Source: the human T2T-CHM13v2.0 reference genome, Homo sapiens
Strand: one strand, 5' to 3'
DNA length: 64,000 nucleotides
Assembly (NCBI RefSeq): GCF_009914755.1
Contig: NC_060935.1
Position 1 is the stretch's first letter. Every line of letters starts with the position of its first letter. The notes beneath the pieces are model-generated. The model was given only the letters and a program-made list of their open reading frames with translations, did no database searches and was not told the DNA's origin. The position numbers and the translations under genes are program-made. Below, piece after piece: positions 63,298 to 64,000 of this stretch.

Positions 63298-63558
<261 letters not shown>

Positions 63559-63654
63559 TGAGGTTATTTCCATGAAGGATTGAAAAACTTTCTTATATAC
63601 ACAGTAACTTTTTTACTGTCCTCCTTTCTGCAAAGGGACAAGTATGTTTAAAGC

Positions 63655-64000
63655 GTTTTTTAAATTTACTTTTTTCGTGTTGACAAATAAAAATTCTATA
63701 TATTGATGGTGTCCAACATGACATTTCGATATGTGTGTCACAGTGGAATGGCTAAGTCAAGCTATTTCACATGTGCGTGCCTTACCCCACACGCCTATTA
63801 TTTGTGTGTGGTAAGAGCACTTAAAATCTACTCTCTTAGCAATTTTCCTATATTAACTACAGTCACCATGTCATGCACTGGAGCTGTTGAACTTACTTCT
63901 TTTGTGGCCTTTGACCAACAATCTCCCCACCCACCAGCCCCTGGTAGCCACCATCGCACTCTCTGCTTCCACAAGATCACCTTTTCAAGATTCCACAGAC
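63655..64000 (-). mobile_element. L1MA 3' end fragment
   Basis: aaaatctactctcttagcaatttt...tattaactacagtcaccatg. Confidence 0.8.

Overview
Human genomic DNA from the DHCR7/NADSYN1 locus (11q13.4), recognised from the translated exons. DHCR7 (7-dehydrocholesterol reductase, Smith-Lemli-Opitz gene) lies on the - strand with a complete 475-aa CDS in 7 coding exons (ATG 9906, TAA 330-332) plus 2 non-coding exons. NADSYN1 (glutamine-dependent NAD+ synthetase) lies head-to-head on the + strand with coding exons 1-20 (ATG 18252; last exon beyond the window). All coding-exon junctions are GT-AG and in frame. Also present are two CpG-island promoters, a probable divergent lncRNA ending in an LTR, the mirtron MIR6754, several VNTRs and many Alu, LTR, L1 and DNA-transposon relics (repeat subfamilies and boundaries are by eye). 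I found no new protein-coding system. The most interesting unexplained structures are: (1) a non-Alu ~195-bp inverted duplication bracketing DHCR7 exon 7; (2) a duplicated splice donor, long UG tract and candidate poison exon in NADSYN1 intron 15, resembling TDP-43-repressed cryptic splicing; (3) other short local templated duplications; (4) the MIR origin of the SLOS cryptic acceptor; (5) a repeat array of splice donors at DHCR7 exon 1.
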